Assembly: GCA_031370625.1 (NCBI GenBank)
Contig: JANMQR010000314.1
Coordinates: 5,052-69,051, forward strand
DNA: 64,000 nucleotides
Reading direction: 5' to 3'
Source: Burkholderiales bacterium
GTDB taxonomy: Bacteria > Pseudomonadota > Gammaproteobacteria > Burkholderiales > Usitatibacteraceae
Made by a program: the position numbers and the translations under genes. Below are positions 14,353 to 25,268 of this stretch, in pieces. Under the pieces are notes generated by a model, which saw only the letters and a list, made by a program, of their open reading frames with translations, had not been told where the DNA came from and did not search any database. Every line of letters starts with the position of its first letter. Position 1 is the stretch's first letter.

Positions 14353-15402
14353 CTACTGAACCCGACGCTCAATAATAATTTGTTCTATTTCAACTCGGCG
14401 ATTTGGTTCAAGACACTTGATCAACGCAGCACGGTTTTTTTCGGTACACATCACTACTGGATTGGCTTCACCACGGCCCTGCGCCTTGGTGCGATTCGCA
14501 TCGACACCTTTGTTGGTCAAGTAGTTTTTCACGGCGACTGCACGGCGTTCCGACAAACTCTGGTTGTATTTATCCGAACCCAATCGATCCGCATACCCCG
14601 TTATCATCACATTGTTGATGGACGGATTCGCGCTCAGTGCACTCGCAATCTCATCCAACTTTGGCTGCGGTGAACGCAATTGGCTACTGTCAAAGGCAAA
14701 CAATTCAGTTGCAGATAAAGTAATCCGTTCCATTCTTGGCGCAGGTGGCGGCGGGGTTGGTGCGATCGGCGCTGGCGGTGGTGGGGCTATTTCGCGCACT
14801 GGCTCGGGCGCTTGCGCGGTGAGCACAATTGGCGCAGCGGGCTTGTTAAAGGCGTATGTAAGACCGAGCGTGATGTAATCATTTTTGCTGCGATCAAATC
14901 CGAAATTAAACCCGCTCAAATATCCGAACACGCGTCGATAATCAGCCTGCATCGACCACTGCTCGCTGAATGCAACCTGAAAGCCTGCGCCAGCGTTGAG
15001 ATATGGCGATGTACGAGTGCGGGTACCAAGTGTCGGCGTGGTGGCGCGGTCGCGCTCGTAGCCAATTCCAGCGAGTAGAAATGGACGGAATGTTTTTCGC
15101 GAAAACATGTATAGCCCATCCACACCCAGCGTTTGCTGCTGGTAGCGAGAACGATCATTATCTGTGCGCGCAAACGTACCGCCCATTTGCAAATCCCATG
15201 AGTCGGAGATCGGTTTACCGAATCGAAGGCCGCCGCCCACGCCATTTTTATCGACACCGAAGCGCTTGTCCGCATCCATAATGTTTACGCTCGGCGCGAT
15301 ATACCAAGATGGGTTGTAAAGAGTGGTTTGTGCATGCGCCGATAATCCTGCGGCACCGCATATTAGTCCGATGACTAAAGTAATTTTGTTCATTTTTTTC
15401 AT
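14353..15402 (-). CDS. OmpA-family outer-membrane protein (N-terminal barrel, Pro-rich hinge, C-terminal peptidoglycan-binding domain)
   Basis: The ORF track gives 14353..15513. The likely start is MKKMNKITLVIGLICGAAGLSAHA (signal peptide) at 15402. Hinge: APPPPAPIAPTPPPPAP. OmpA_C motifs: ITGYADRLGSDKYNQSLSERRAVAVKNYL. Confidence 0.9.
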   Translation of the reverse strand: MKKMNKITLVIGLICGAAGLSAHAQTTLYNPSWYIAPSVNIMDADKRFGVDKNGVGGGLRFGKPISDSWDLQMGGTFARTDNDRSRYQQQTLGVDGLYMFSRKTFRPFLLAGIGYERDRATTPTLGTRTRTSPYLNAGAGFQVAFSEQWSMQADYRRVFGYLSGFNFGFDRSKNDYITLGLTYAFNKPAAPIVLTAQAPEPVREIAPPPPAPIAPTPPPPAPRMERITLSATELFAFDSSQLRSPQPKLDEIASALSANPSINNVMITGYADRLGSDKYNQSLSERRAVAVKNYLTNKGVDANRTKAQGRGEANPVVMCTEKNRAALIKCLEPNRRVEIEQIIIERRVQ

Positions 15403-15517
15403 ATTCGCCCTATTGGTTTGTGAGGATAATGCTGTTGGAAAAGTTGAGATAGATAGAGATGATCTGCGCCGGTTGCGAACGGCGCCAGAGTGGATTAAAG
15501 TTGCTTGCAGCAACCGG

Positions 15518-15667
15518 CTAGAGCGGTTTTCGGCCGCTTATCACGCGCAGCAGCACGACCACAATCGCTACGACCAGCAAGATATGAATAAAGCCGCCGA
15601 GAGTGTAGGAAGTTACGAGTCCGAGTAGCCAGAGGATTAACAACACGACAGCGATGGTGTAAAGCAT
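15518..15667 (-). CDS. lmo0937-family small membrane protein (49 aa; below the ORF-track cutoff)
   Basis: Hand translation gives MLYTIAVVLLILWLLGLVTSYTLGGFIHILLVVAIVVVLLRVISGRKPL. This is the very characteristic sequence of that family. Confidence 0.8.
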   Translation of the reverse strand: MLYTIAVVLLILWLLGLVTSYTLGGFIHILLVVAIVVVLLRVISGRKPL

Positions 15668-16058
15668 GGTTTGCCTCTTTTGAATTTGGATTGAACGATC
15701 AGAACTTCAATCGCTCATGGGTGAAATTTCATATTGCCGCTTTAATTGCACGTCCTCTGTTCGCTGTCGCACATTGCGCAAACTTTTGCGCAGCGCTCGT
15801 GTCCGGAGATGCAATACCGGCACCAGTATTCCCGCTCACAGTGCGCCGTCGGCCAGAAAATCTGTGCGCTTCCGCACATACGCTGGCATGCGTAAGGTTT
15901 AGTCTTAACGTGTGCATTACCAAGTTCCAAACAAATGCGTGGTTGACTTCGCGCATCACGCCGCTTAGATAGCCGGATACGCGATGACAAGACGCCAATA
16001 GGGCATCTCGGCGTCTCGCCTCCGGTGGGCAATTCAGGCCCTTAAGGACATCGGTAAA

Positions 16059-19000
16059 TTGAAAGCAAAAATCAAAACCAGCCGCGCGAAGTTGAGTGAG
16101 TGGGCATCCCGCATTGATGCCGACGATGCTGCGGCAAAATATATTTCTGCCGAAGCACCGCTCCGCGCCGAGCTGTTCAGTGCCGACCAGATGGATCGAC
16201 ACGGTCGATTCCTGGCCAGCTCGCATCAGCTCGCCGCCTGGCGCCGGCCCGATCAACTTTTGGCCAGGCTGATTGAAAATTACGCGGTGCTCATGTGGGC
16301 ATGCGGCCTACTCACCAACGCCGTAAAAACAAATCGGCGGATTACGCCGGCGGGGGAATGGTTGCTCGACAACTTCTATTTGATCGAGGAACAAATTCGC
16401 ACGGCTAGACGGCATTTCCCAAAAACATACAGCCAGGAATTGCCGGTGCTGGCCAGTGGCCCGTCAGCAGGTCTGCCGAGGGTATACGACATCGCGCTTG
16501 AAGCGATCGCGCACGGCGACGGGCGAGTTGATCCTGAAAGCCTTAACCGATTTATTGAGGCCTATCAAAAGGGCGCTGATCTAAAGTTGGGCGAACTGTG
16601 GGCCATCCCCATCATGTTGCGGCTTGCGTTGATCGAAAACCTTCGGCGTGTCGGCGCCCGCGTCGCAGCCGGGATGCTGGATCGCAATGAAGCCGACACC
16701 TGGGCAGACCAGATGATCAAGACTGCCGAAGAGGATCCGAAAAGTCTTATCCTTGTTATCGCCGATATGGCGCGTTCGAACCCACCGATGGTCAGCTCGT
16801 TTGTTGCTGAACTCGCGCGTCGACTTCAAGGCCACAGCTCCGCGCTCGCTCTGCCGCTAACCTGGATCGAGCAACGACTTTCGGAAACCGGATTAACGAT
16901 TGAGCAGCTGGTGCAGTCGGAAACACAAAGCCTTGCAGCGAATCAGGTTTCCATTAGCAACAGTATTGGCAGCCTGCGCTTTCTTGGTGCCATGGACTGG
17001 CGCGAGTTCGTGGAGTCAATGAGCAGCGTTGAACATAAACTTCGCGAAGACCCCAGCAACATTTACGCAAAAATGAATTTTGCGACGCGTGATAGGTATC
17101 GACACGTTATTGAAAAGGTAGCAAAACGAAGCAGGCTCTCTGAAAAAGATGTCGCGCGCAAAGCCGTGCAACTCGCGTTTCTAGCGGCCGCAAAACCGCG
17201 ACACGCCGCAAGCGAACGTGAATCGCATGTCGGCTTCTACCTTGTTGATAAAGGACTTCCACAGCTTGAACACGCGGTGGAGGCTCGTGTATCCGCCTTG
17301 GAAGCGATACGCCGTTTCGATCAGTTGGCTGAGCGCTTTCCGTTTCCACTCTATTTCGGTGCCAGTGCTGTATTGACGATAGCCATTTCTGTTGGGCTGT
17401 TCCAGATTGCAAACGCTAGCAATTTTGCCCTAGCATTTGTAGTTCTCATGATCGCTGCAATGCTACTGGGCGCGAGTCAATTGGCCGTATCGCTCACCAA
17501 CTGGCTTGCAACCTTGATTGCCGCACCTGTCTTACTGCCGCGAATGGATTTTTCGAAAGGCATACCGTCCGAATCGCGCACGCTGGTCGTGGTGCCCACG
17601 ATGCTCTCGAATATTCACGGAGCAGAGGCGCTCATCGAAGCGCTGGAGGTGCGGTTCCTCGCCAATCGTGACCACAATCTTCATTTCGGCTTGCTGACCG
17701 ATTTTCCCGACGCAGCGACCGAATCGCTATCCGGAGACGAGAGCATATTGGCGTTTGTGCGCACCGCAATAGATGCATTGAACGACAAATACGGCATTGA
17801 GAGAGAGGACAAGTTTTACCTGTTTCACCGCCCACGCCGCTGGAATGAGCACGAGAAAGTCTGGATGGGGTATGAGCGCAAACGTGGCAAGTTGGCAGAC
17901 TTGAATAATCTTTTGCGGTTCGGCAAAACGGAACCCTTCTCGCTGATACTTGGTGACAGCAATTTCTTGCGAGACGTGAAATACGTTATTACGCTGGACA
18001 CCGATACTCAGCTGCCGCGCGACGCAGCGCGTGAACTGGTAGCGACGATGTCTCACCCGTTGAATCGCGCGCAATTGCCGATTCCCGAAAAGGCAACCGA
18101 CAAATCCAACGCAGAAAATTCCCGCAGCATCGCGCCGCTCAGAAATGGATATGGCATTTTGCAACCGCGTGTTTCCGTAAGCTTGCCCAGCACCAACCGA
18201 TCACGCTATGCACAGCTTTATGGCAGCGAGCCTGGCTTGGATCCCTACACGCGTGCCGTCTCCGACGTGTACCAGGATCTGTTTGAAGAGGGTTCATTTA
18301 TTGGCAAGGGCATTTACGATGTTGCGGCTTTTGAAGAAGCGGTGAAAGATCGATTCCCTGACAATCGAATCCTGAGCCACGACTTGCTGGAGGGTTGTTA
18401 CGCGCGCGCCGGATTGTTGAGCGATGTTGAATTCTACGAAGACTATCCGTCGAGCTATAGCGCCGATGTAAGCCGCCGCCATCGCTGGATACGTGGCGAT
18501 TGGCAAATCGCATCGTGGCTTTTCTCCCGCGTGCCACGCAAGCAATTTGCGGGTGAAAGTAAAAGTGCACGAACAAAAAATCTGTTATCCGCATTATCTC
18601 AATGGAAAATTTTCGACAATTTGCGCCGCAGCCTCGTCCCAGCCGCAATGATGCTGTTATTCGTCGCGGGCTGGGTCACTGTGCCAGCGGTCGCGTTGTG
18701 GACTCTCGCGGTGTTGAGCATTTTGTTTCTACCGATGATTGCCACGTCGAGCTTGAGCTTGGCGAAAAAGCCGAAAGACGTGCTCTTTCGTCAGCATGTT
18801 TCCGAAGTCGGGCAGTCTGTTGCACGACAGATACTGCAAACGCTCTTTGCCTTAGCCACGCTACCCTACGAGGCGGCCTTCAGCCTCGACGCGATCATTC
18901 GTACCTCGCTGCGCGTGTTGTTCACAAAGCATCGTCTGCTCGAATGGAAACCTGCGAGCGGGCCCGAGCAACGCACGGCGAAAATGGGCCTTACACAGCT

Positions 19001-22000
19001 GTTAGCAACCTTTCGAAGCATGTGGGTCTCTCCGGCAACGGCCATCTTTGTCGGGCTCTATCTCGGCTCTCAGCGACCGCTGGTACTTGCGATTGCGGCT
19101 CCTGTGCTTTTTCTGTGGCTGGTCGCACCGGCAATTGCTTGGTGGGTCAGTCGACCGCTTGACCGGCGTCCCGCACAGCTTGATCTCGCACAAACTAGAT
19201 TTCTGCGCGCCCTCACCAGGCGAACATGGCGCTTTTTCGAGAGGTTTGTATCGCGCGAGGACAACTGGCTGCCCCCGGACAACTATCAGGAGCATCCTGC
19301 GGCAGTGGTGGCGCATCGCACTTCACCGACTAATATCGGGATGGCACTTCTGGCGAATTTAAGCGCGTACGACTTCGCGTACATCACTACGGGTACGCTC
19401 GTGGAGAGAACCGAAAATACGCTTGCGTCGATGCTGAAACTGGATCGATATCAGGGCCACTTTTATAACTGGTATGACACGATTACATTACGCCCGTTAG
19501 CCCCGCTCTATGTGTCGACAGTTGATAGCGGAAACTTGTGCGGACATCTGCTCACGTTACGACCAGGTTTGCTTCAACTTGCGGAACAAAAAATTCTCAG
19601 CCCAAGACTATTTGAAGGGCTTGCCGACGCCTTGGAAAACTTGATGAGCGCGCCCGAGACGACTGAGGCCGTTTCCATGCAGACGCCAACGCCAACACCA
19701 ACCACTACAGCACCCTCCATCGACGACGCTGCCGACGGTGCAAATCAAGCGGCCTCACGAAATCCAGCCGCGCCGCGTTCGCCGATCTACACCCCGCTTC
19801 TGCTGCAACTCAAGCGCGATATCGAATCCGCGTGCGATGCGAATCCGATAACCGCAAGCGCTGTCAAATCTTGGCTCGAAAGAATTATTCGCACTGCTAC
19901 TAGGCTCGTGCATGAGAGCGGCGATCGACGCGCCGATGCGACCGGTTCGTTCGTCGCCCAATCGCCAGCGAATCTCGCGCGTTTGGCACTGGAGGCTCGC
20001 ACGCCAAAGGGGGAAGATGGCGCGAGCACAACCACCACAAGACAAACCGAATTTACGTGGTGGGCGAATGCGATCAGACTGCAGTGCGATGATGCGCTCA
20101 ATGAACTGGCGTGGCTGATGCCGTGGATCCATTTTCCCGGTGCCTTGGAGAACTCAGAGAACTCAAACAACTCAGAGAACTCAATAGATCACCTTTTCAA
20201 TAGCGCAGACGTTGCTTTCAGCCTGGAACGCATTCCCACCTTGCAGCAAATCTCGCGGCTTCACGACTCTCTTCTCCAGCATCTGCGGCCCTCTCCAGAC
20301 AAAAGTGCTTCAAACGCCGCGCTGCTCGCGGAGATCATGTCGCTAGTCGCTCTTGCGAGTACGCGCGCAAAAGAGAGAATTGCAAAAATCGACCTGCTAG
20401 CACGACAGGTGGGCGACCTTGCGCTGGTGGATTACAGCTTTCTATACGACACCACCCAACAGCTCATGACCGTGGGATATAACGTGGAGCAGCATCGCAT
20501 TGATACCGGGCGTTATGACCTCCTTGCTTCCGAAGCGAGGCTCGCCAGTTTTGTGGCTATTGCACAGGGAAAAATTCCGCAAGAGAGCTGGTTCGCTCTG
20601 GGGCGCAATCTGACGACTGCGGGCGGCGAGGCCATCCTGCTGTCGTGGAGCGGGTCAATGTTTGAATATTTGATGCCAACGTTGGTGATGCCCGCTTATC
20701 AAAACACATTACTGGATCAAACCTGTGTCGCTGCTGTTAAACGGCAGATCGCCTACGGCAATATGCGCGGTGTCCCGTGGGGTATTTCCGAATCCGGCTA
20801 CAACGCAGTCGACACCAGCCTCAACTATCAATACCGCGCATTCGGCGTGCCTGGTCTGGGTCTTAAACGCGGATTGTCTGATGATCTGGTGATAGCGCCC
20901 TACGCGTCAGCACTCGCGCTGATGGTGATGCCGGAGGCAGCGTGCGAAAATCTTCAGCGTCTCGATGACGACGGCGTGATGGGGCGATATGGCATGTATG
21001 AAGCAGTGGACTTTACGCCCGCGCGCTTGCCGCGTGGTCAATCGTCGGCCGTGGTGCGCTCGTTCATGGCACATCATCAAGGCATGAGTTTGCTTTCTTT
21101 CGCCTATGTGCTGCTCGATCAGCCGATGCAAAAGCGTTTCGAATCCGACCCGCAATTTCAGGCAACAACGTTGTTGCTGCAAGAGCGCATCCCGGCTGCA
21201 ACATCTTTCCACATTCACGCGCCCGAGCTATCGGACGTCAGCGCAACCGCCATCGGCCCGGTCATGCCGATGCGTGTGCTGCGCAGCCCGCACACGCCCA
21301 CACCTGAAGTGCAACTGCTCTCCAACGGCCGATATCACGTCATGGTCACCAATGCCGGTGGTGGTTACACCCGCTGGAAAGAATTCGGCGTAACGCGCTG
21401 GCACGAAGATGGCACGCGCGACAACTGGGGCGCATTCTGCTACATCCGCGACGTGGCAAGCGGACAATTCTGGTCCACCGCCCATCAGCCGACGCTCAAG
21501 GCTGCCGACACCTATGAAGCCATTTTCACGGAAGGCCGAGTTGAGTTTCGCCGCCGTGACGGCGACTACGAAACGCACACCGAAATTGTAGTTTCGCCGG
21601 AAGACGACATAGAGTTACGCCGAACCAGCATCAGCAATCGATCACGCGTACGTCGAACCATTGAGATCACCAGCTACGCTGAAGTGGTGCTTGCGGTGCC
21701 CGCCGCCGATGCATTGCATCCCGCGTTCAGTAATTTATTTGTGCAGACAGAAATTGTTCGGGATCGACAAGCGATCCTGTGCACCCGCAGGCCGCGCGCA
21801 GAACACGAGCAAGTGCCCTGCATGTTTCATCTGATGGCCGCGCACAACGCCGAAGTGATTCATGTTTCATATGAGACAGACCGCATCCGCTTCATCGGGC
21901 GCACGCGCGGCATTGACTCGCCAGTCGCCATGAGCGAGGCAGGTGCGCTGTCAGGTAGCGAAGGCTCAGTGCTTGACCCGATAGTGTCGATTCGCTATCG

Positions 22001-25000
22001 AATCACCATCGAGCCCGAGCAAACCGCGACGATTGACGTCGTGTCCGGTATGTCCGATACCCGCGATGGCGCCTATGCGCTCGCCGACAAGTATCGTGAT
22101 CGTCGGTTGGCTGACCGGGTTTTTGATCTCGCCTGGACCCATAGCTGGGTCAACCTTCGCCAAATTAATGCCACTGAATCCGACGCGCAGCTTTATGGCC
22201 GTTTGGCCGGCTCCATCATTTACGCGAATCCTGGCATGCGAGCAGATGCGGGCGTGTTGTTGCGCAATCTGCGCGGCCAATCGGGACTATGGGGTTATGC
22301 CATTTCCGGTGATCTGCCGATCGTGCTGTTGCAAATTACTGACATGGCCAACATCGAGTTGGTGCGTCAGCTTGTACAAGCACACGCCTACTGGCGGCTG
22401 AAAGGTTTGGCGGTAGATCTTGTTATCTGGAATGAGGATCACGCCGGTTACCGGCAGCTTCTGCATGAACAAATCATGGATCTGATCGCGGCTGGCATTG
22501 AGGCAAACCAAACTGATCGACCAGGCGGTATTTTTGTCAGGGCAGCGGAGCATATTTCCGCTGAAGATCGGACACTGTTTCAGACCGTTGCGCGCGTGAT
22601 CATTGCCGACACGCGTGGCACGCTGGCCGAGCAGGTCAATCGTCGTTCGCTAAATGAGAAGTTTGCGGACAGGCCGAAGGACAATCAGAGGGACAAAGCG
22701 AAGGATCCCCGCGACCGCGACAAATATCCACCAAAACTCGTGCCAATCGCACCGGGTGCGACGAAACGCAACGAGTCGATGCCGCGCGCTTCAACAGGAT
22801 TGACTCCGGTTGACGAAACGCTTCAACTGTTCAATGGCTTTGGTGGGTTCAGTGCAGATGGTCGTGAATATGTCATCAGAACCTCAACCGAGCAGCTCGA
22901 TGAGGTCGCAACGCGCGCTCAAACCACACCCGCACCATGGTCAAATGTCATCGCGAACGCGCAGTTTGGCACCGTGATTTCTGAAGCGGGTGCGGCCTAC
23001 ACATGGAGCGAAAACGCACACGAGTTTCGTCTGACTCCGTGGGGTGATGACCCTGTGACCGACTCAAGCGGTGAAGCGTTTTATGTTCGTGATGACGAAA
23101 GCGGCGCGTTCTTTTCGCCCACGCCCCTACCCGCTGGCGGTCCGGGCGCATACGTGACCCGCCATGGATTCGGCTACAGCATTTTTGAGCACGAAGAGGA
23201 TGGCATTCGATCAGAAATGACCGTACACGTTGATCTCGACGCGCCCATTAAATTCTCCACGCTGAAAGTGCGCAACATTTCTGGACGCCCTCGCCGAATG
23301 AGTGCGACCGGATTCGTCGAATGGGTGTTGGGTGATCTTCGCGCAAAATCTGCCATGCATATCGTCACCGAAATCGAGGCGGCCAGCGGCGCTCTGTGCG
23401 CGCGCAATGCGTACAGCACGGAGTTCGGCAACCGCATTGTGTTTTTTGACGCAGGCGATTCCACCGGCCTTGCCAACGCGTCAGTCAGCGCTGACCGGGT
23501 CGAATTTATCGGCCGCAATTCCACCCTCAAAAAACCGGCCGCCATGCGCCGCATTCGACTATCCAACAAAGTTGGCGCAGGCCTCGACCCATGCGCAGCG
23601 ATTCAAATACCGTTTGACCTAGCCGATGGCGAAGAGCGGGAAATTACGTTCAGACTGGGCACAGCGGGCCGCCATGGCAGTGACGATATAAGTGCCACCA
23701 TTCAGCGTCTGCGCAGCAAAGATGAAGTCCGCGCGTCGCTCAAGAATGTGCGCGACTATTGGGCAAAAACGCTCACCGTGGTTCAAGTCGACACCCCCGA
23801 TGCGGCGCTCAATGTGCTGGCCAACGGCTGGCTCGTTTACCAGACCTTGGCCTGCCGGCTCTGGGCGCGCAGCGGATACTACCAATCAGGTGGCGCGTAC
23901 GGTTTCCGCGATCAACTGCAAGACACCATGGCGTTGATTCACAGCGAGCCGCGCTTGGTGCGCGAGCATTTGCTGCGCAGCGCATCGCGACAATTTCTGG
24001 AGGGCGATGTGCAGCACTGGTGGCATCCCCCGTCAGGCCGTGGCGTGCGCACGCGTTGCTCGGATGACTTTCTGTGGTTACCACAGGCCGCTTGTCGTTA
24101 TGTGTTGGCCACCGGAGATGTCGGTGTGCTCAACGAATCGATACACTTCCTTGAGGGTCGTCAGGTTAATCCGGAAGACGATTCCTACTACGATCTGCCA
24201 ACGCGCTCGGATACCAAAGGCACGCTCTATCAACACTGTGTTCGCGCGATCGAACGCGGGCTCAGTTTCGGCGAACGAGGCCTGCCGCTGATGGGTTCCG
24301 GCGATTGGAACGATGGCATGAATCTGGTCGGCATGCAGGGCAAAGGCGAGAGTGTCTGGTTGGGGTTTTTCCTCTATGACACGATGGTGCGATTCGAGCG
24401 GCTGGCGCGGGCACACGGCGATGCGAAATTTGCAGATCGCTGCAAGACAGAATCAGAACAACTCCAGCGTAATCTCAACCTGCATGGCTGGGACGGCGGC
24501 TGGTTCCGGCGCGCTTACTTTGATGACGGCACGCCATTGGGCTCCAGCGCCAACGCTGAATGTCGGATTGATTCGATTGCGCAAAGCTGGTCAGTGCTTT
24601 CTGGTGCAGGCGATCCGGCGCGATCACTCACCGCGATGAACGCGCTGGATAAGCACCTCGTGCGCCGCGTCGATAAGCTGATTCAGCTGCTGGATCCGCC
24701 ATTCGATACATCAACACTTAACCCCGGTTACATCAAGGGCTACGTGCCAGGCGTGCGCGAGAACGGTGGCCAGTACACACACGGTGCGGTGTGGGCAGCG
24801 ATGGCATTTGCCAAGCTCGGTGATGGCGCGCGCGCATGGGATTTGTTCAACATGATCAATCCCGTCAATCATGCCACCACCGCCACCGACGTCGCGATCT
24901 ACAAAGTGGAGCCGTATGTAATTGCCGCCGACGTTTACGGCGTCGCACCCCACACCGGGCGCGGCGGCTGGACCTGGTATACCGGCTCGGCGGGTTGGAT

Positions 25001-25268
25001 GTACCGACTTATTCTGGAGTCATTGCTGGGAATACAAGTTGAAGCAAACAAACTTCGTTTGGTGCCGTGCCTGAACGAGGGCTGGTCCAATTTCACGGTG
25101 CATTACCGGTATCGGGAAACGGTTTATCAAATCGAGGTCAACGTAACAAAGCATCCGCCGGGCATCCGGCCCGAGCAAAGGATTATTGTCGACGGTTTGG
25201 AGCAGCGGGACGCTGTCATCATCATGCGCGACGATCAGCAGGAACACCGGGTAAATGTGATCGTTTAA
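16059..25268 (+). CDS. ndvB: Cyclic beta-1,2-glucan synthase (NdvB/ChvB/Cgs family: membrane GT84-like glycosyltransferase plus (alpha/alpha)6 block plus GH94 phosphorylase-like C-terminus)
   Basis: 3069-aa ORF.
- N-terminus: PLRAELFSADQMDRHGRFLA.
- Multi-TM glycosyltransferase block: VVVPTMLS, ITLDTDTQLPRDAAREL, RRHRWIRGDWQ.
- C-terminal GH94-like block: GDWNDGMN, ENGGQYTHGAVW.

The start is uncertain (TTG at 16059; there is no in-frame ATG before MDRHG). Confidence 0.85.
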   Translation: MKAKIKTSRAKLSEWASRIDADDAAAKYISAEAPLRAELFSADQMDRHGRFLASSHQLAAWRRPDQLLARLIENYAVLMWACGLLTNAVKTNRRITPAGEWLLDNFYLIEEQIRTARRHFPKTYSQELPVLASGPSAGLPRVYDIALEAIAHGDGRVDPESLNRFIEAYQKGADLKLGELWAIPIMLRLALIENLRRVGARVAAGMLDRNEADTWADQMIKTAEEDPKSLILVIADMARSNPPMVSSFVAELARRLQGHSSALALPLTWIEQRLSETGLTIEQLVQSETQSLAANQVSISNSIGSLRFLGAMDWREFVESMSSVEHKLREDPSNIYAKMNFATRDRYRHVIEKVAKRSRLSEKDVARKAVQLAFLAAAKPRHAASERESHVGFYLVDKGLPQLEHAVEARVSALEAIRRFDQLAERFPFPLYFGASAVLTIAISVGLFQIANASNFALAFVVLMIAAMLLGASQLAVSLTNWLATLIAAPVLLPRMDFSKGIPSESRTLVVVPTMLSNIHGAEALIEALEVRFLANRDHNLHFGLLTDFPDAATESLSGDESILAFVRTAIDALNDKYGIEREDKFYLFHRPRRWNEHEKVWMGYERKRGKLADLNNLLRFGKTEPFSLILGDSNFLRDVKYVITLDTDTQLPRDAARELVATMSHPLNRAQLPIPEKATDKSNAENSRSIAPLRNGYGILQPRVSVSLPSTNRSRYAQLYGSEPGLDPYTRAVSDVYQDLFEEGSFIGKGIYDVAAFEEAVKDRFPDNRILSHDLLEGCYARAGLLSDVEFYEDYPSSYSADVSRRHRWIRGDWQIASWLFSRVPRKQFAGESKSARTKNLLSALSQWKIFDNLRRSLVPAAMMLLFVAGWVTVPAVALWTLAVLSILFLPMIATSSLSLAKKPKDVLFRQHVSEVGQSVARQILQTLFALATLPYEAAFSLDAIIRTSLRVLFTKHRLLEWKPASGPEQRTAKMGLTQLLATFRSMWVSPATAIFVGLYLGSQRPLVLAIAAPVLFLWLVAPAIAWWVSRPLDRRPAQLDLAQTRFLRALTRRTWRFFERFVSREDNWLPPDNYQEHPAAVVAHRTSPTNIGMALLANLSAYDFAYITTGTLVERTENTLASMLKLDRYQGHFYNWYDTITLRPLAPLYVSTVDSGNLCGHLLTLRPGLLQLAEQKILSPRLFEGLADALENLMSAPETTEAVSMQTPTPTPTTTAPSIDDAADGANQAASRNPAAPRSPIYTPLLLQLKRDIESACDANPITASAVKSWLERIIRTATRLVHESGDRRADATGSFVAQSPANLARLALEARTPKGEDGASTTTTRQTEFTWWANAIRLQCDDALNELAWLMPWIHFPGALENSENSNNSENSIDHLFNSADVAFSLERIPTLQQISRLHDSLLQHLRPSPDKSASNAALLAEIMSLVALASTRAKERIAKIDLLARQVGDLALVDYSFLYDTTQQLMTVGYNVEQHRIDTGRYDLLASEARLASFVAIAQGKIPQESWFALGRNLTTAGGEAILLSWSGSMFEYLMPTLVMPAYQNTLLDQTCVAAVKRQIAYGNMRGVPWGISESGYNAVDTSLNYQYRAFGVPGLGLKRGLSDDLVIAPYASALALMVMPEAACENLQRLDDDGVMGRYGMYEAVDFTPARLPRGQSSAVVRSFMAHHQGMSLLSFAYVLLDQPMQKRFESDPQFQATTLLLQERIPAATSFHIHAPELSDVSATAIGPVMPMRVLRSPHTPTPEVQLLSNGRYHVMVTNAGGGYTRWKEFGVTRWHEDGTRDNWGAFCYIRDVASGQFWSTAHQPTLKAADTYEAIFTEGRVEFRRRDGDYETHTEIVVSPEDDIELRRTSISNRSRVRRTIEITSYAEVVLAVPAADALHPAFSNLFVQTEIVRDRQAILCTRRPRAEHEQVPCMFHLMAAHNAEVIHVSYETDRIRFIGRTRGIDSPVAMSEAGALSGSEGSVLDPIVSIRYRITIEPEQTATIDVVSGMSDTRDGAYALADKYRDRRLADRVFDLAWTHSWVNLRQINATESDAQLYGRLAGSIIYANPGMRADAGVLLRNLRGQSGLWGYAISGDLPIVLLQITDMANIELVRQLVQAHAYWRLKGLAVDLVIWNEDHAGYRQLLHEQIMDLIAAGIEANQTDRPGGIFVRAAEHISAEDRTLFQTVARVIIADTRGTLAEQVNRRSLNEKFADRPKDNQRDKAKDPRDRDKYPPKLVPIAPGATKRNESMPRASTGLTPVDETLQLFNGFGGFSADGREYVIRTSTEQLDEVATRAQTTPAPWSNVIANAQFGTVISEAGAAYTWSENAHEFRLTPWGDDPVTDSSGEAFYVRDDESGAFFSPTPLPAGGPGAYVTRHGFGYSIFEHEEDGIRSEMTVHVDLDAPIKFSTLKVRNISGRPRRMSATGFVEWVLGDLRAKSAMHIVTEIEAASGALCARNAYSTEFGNRIVFFDAGDSTGLANASVSADRVEFIGRNSTLKKPAAMRRIRLSNKVGAGLDPCAAIQIPFDLADGEEREITFRLGTAGRHGSDDISATIQRLRSKDEVRASLKNVRDYWAKTLTVVQVDTPDAALNVLANGWLVYQTLACRLWARSGYYQSGGAYGFRDQLQDTMALIHSEPRLVREHLLRSASRQFLEGDVQHWWHPPSGRGVRTRCSDDFLWLPQAACRYVLATGDVGVLNESIHFLEGRQVNPEDDSYYDLPTRSDTKGTLYQHCVRAIERGLSFGERGLPLMGSGDWNDGMNLVGMQGKGESVWLGFFLYDTMVRFERLARAHGDAKFADRCKTESEQLQRNLNLHGWDGGWFRRAYFDDGTPLGSSANAECRIDSIAQSWSVLSGAGDPARSLTAMNALDKHLVRRVDKLIQLLDPPFDTSTLNPGYIKGYVPGVRENGGQYTHGAVWAAMAFAKLGDGARAWDLFNMINPVNHATTATDVAIYKVEPYVIAADVYGVAPHTGRGGWTWYTGSAGWMYRLILESLLGIQVEANKLRLVPCLNEGWSNFTVHYRYRETVYQIEVNVTKHPPGIRPEQRIIVDGLEQRDAVIIMRDDQQEHRVNVIV

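Noticed and set aside
15729-16256. 175-aa minus-strand ORF (and overlapping 96-aa and 93-aa ORFs) in the region upstream of and overlapping the ndvB start.
   Set aside because: It overlaps the 5' end of the 3069-aa gene, is Arg/Cys-rich and not protein-like, and has no RBS. I treat 15668-16058 as the ndvB leader and promoter region.
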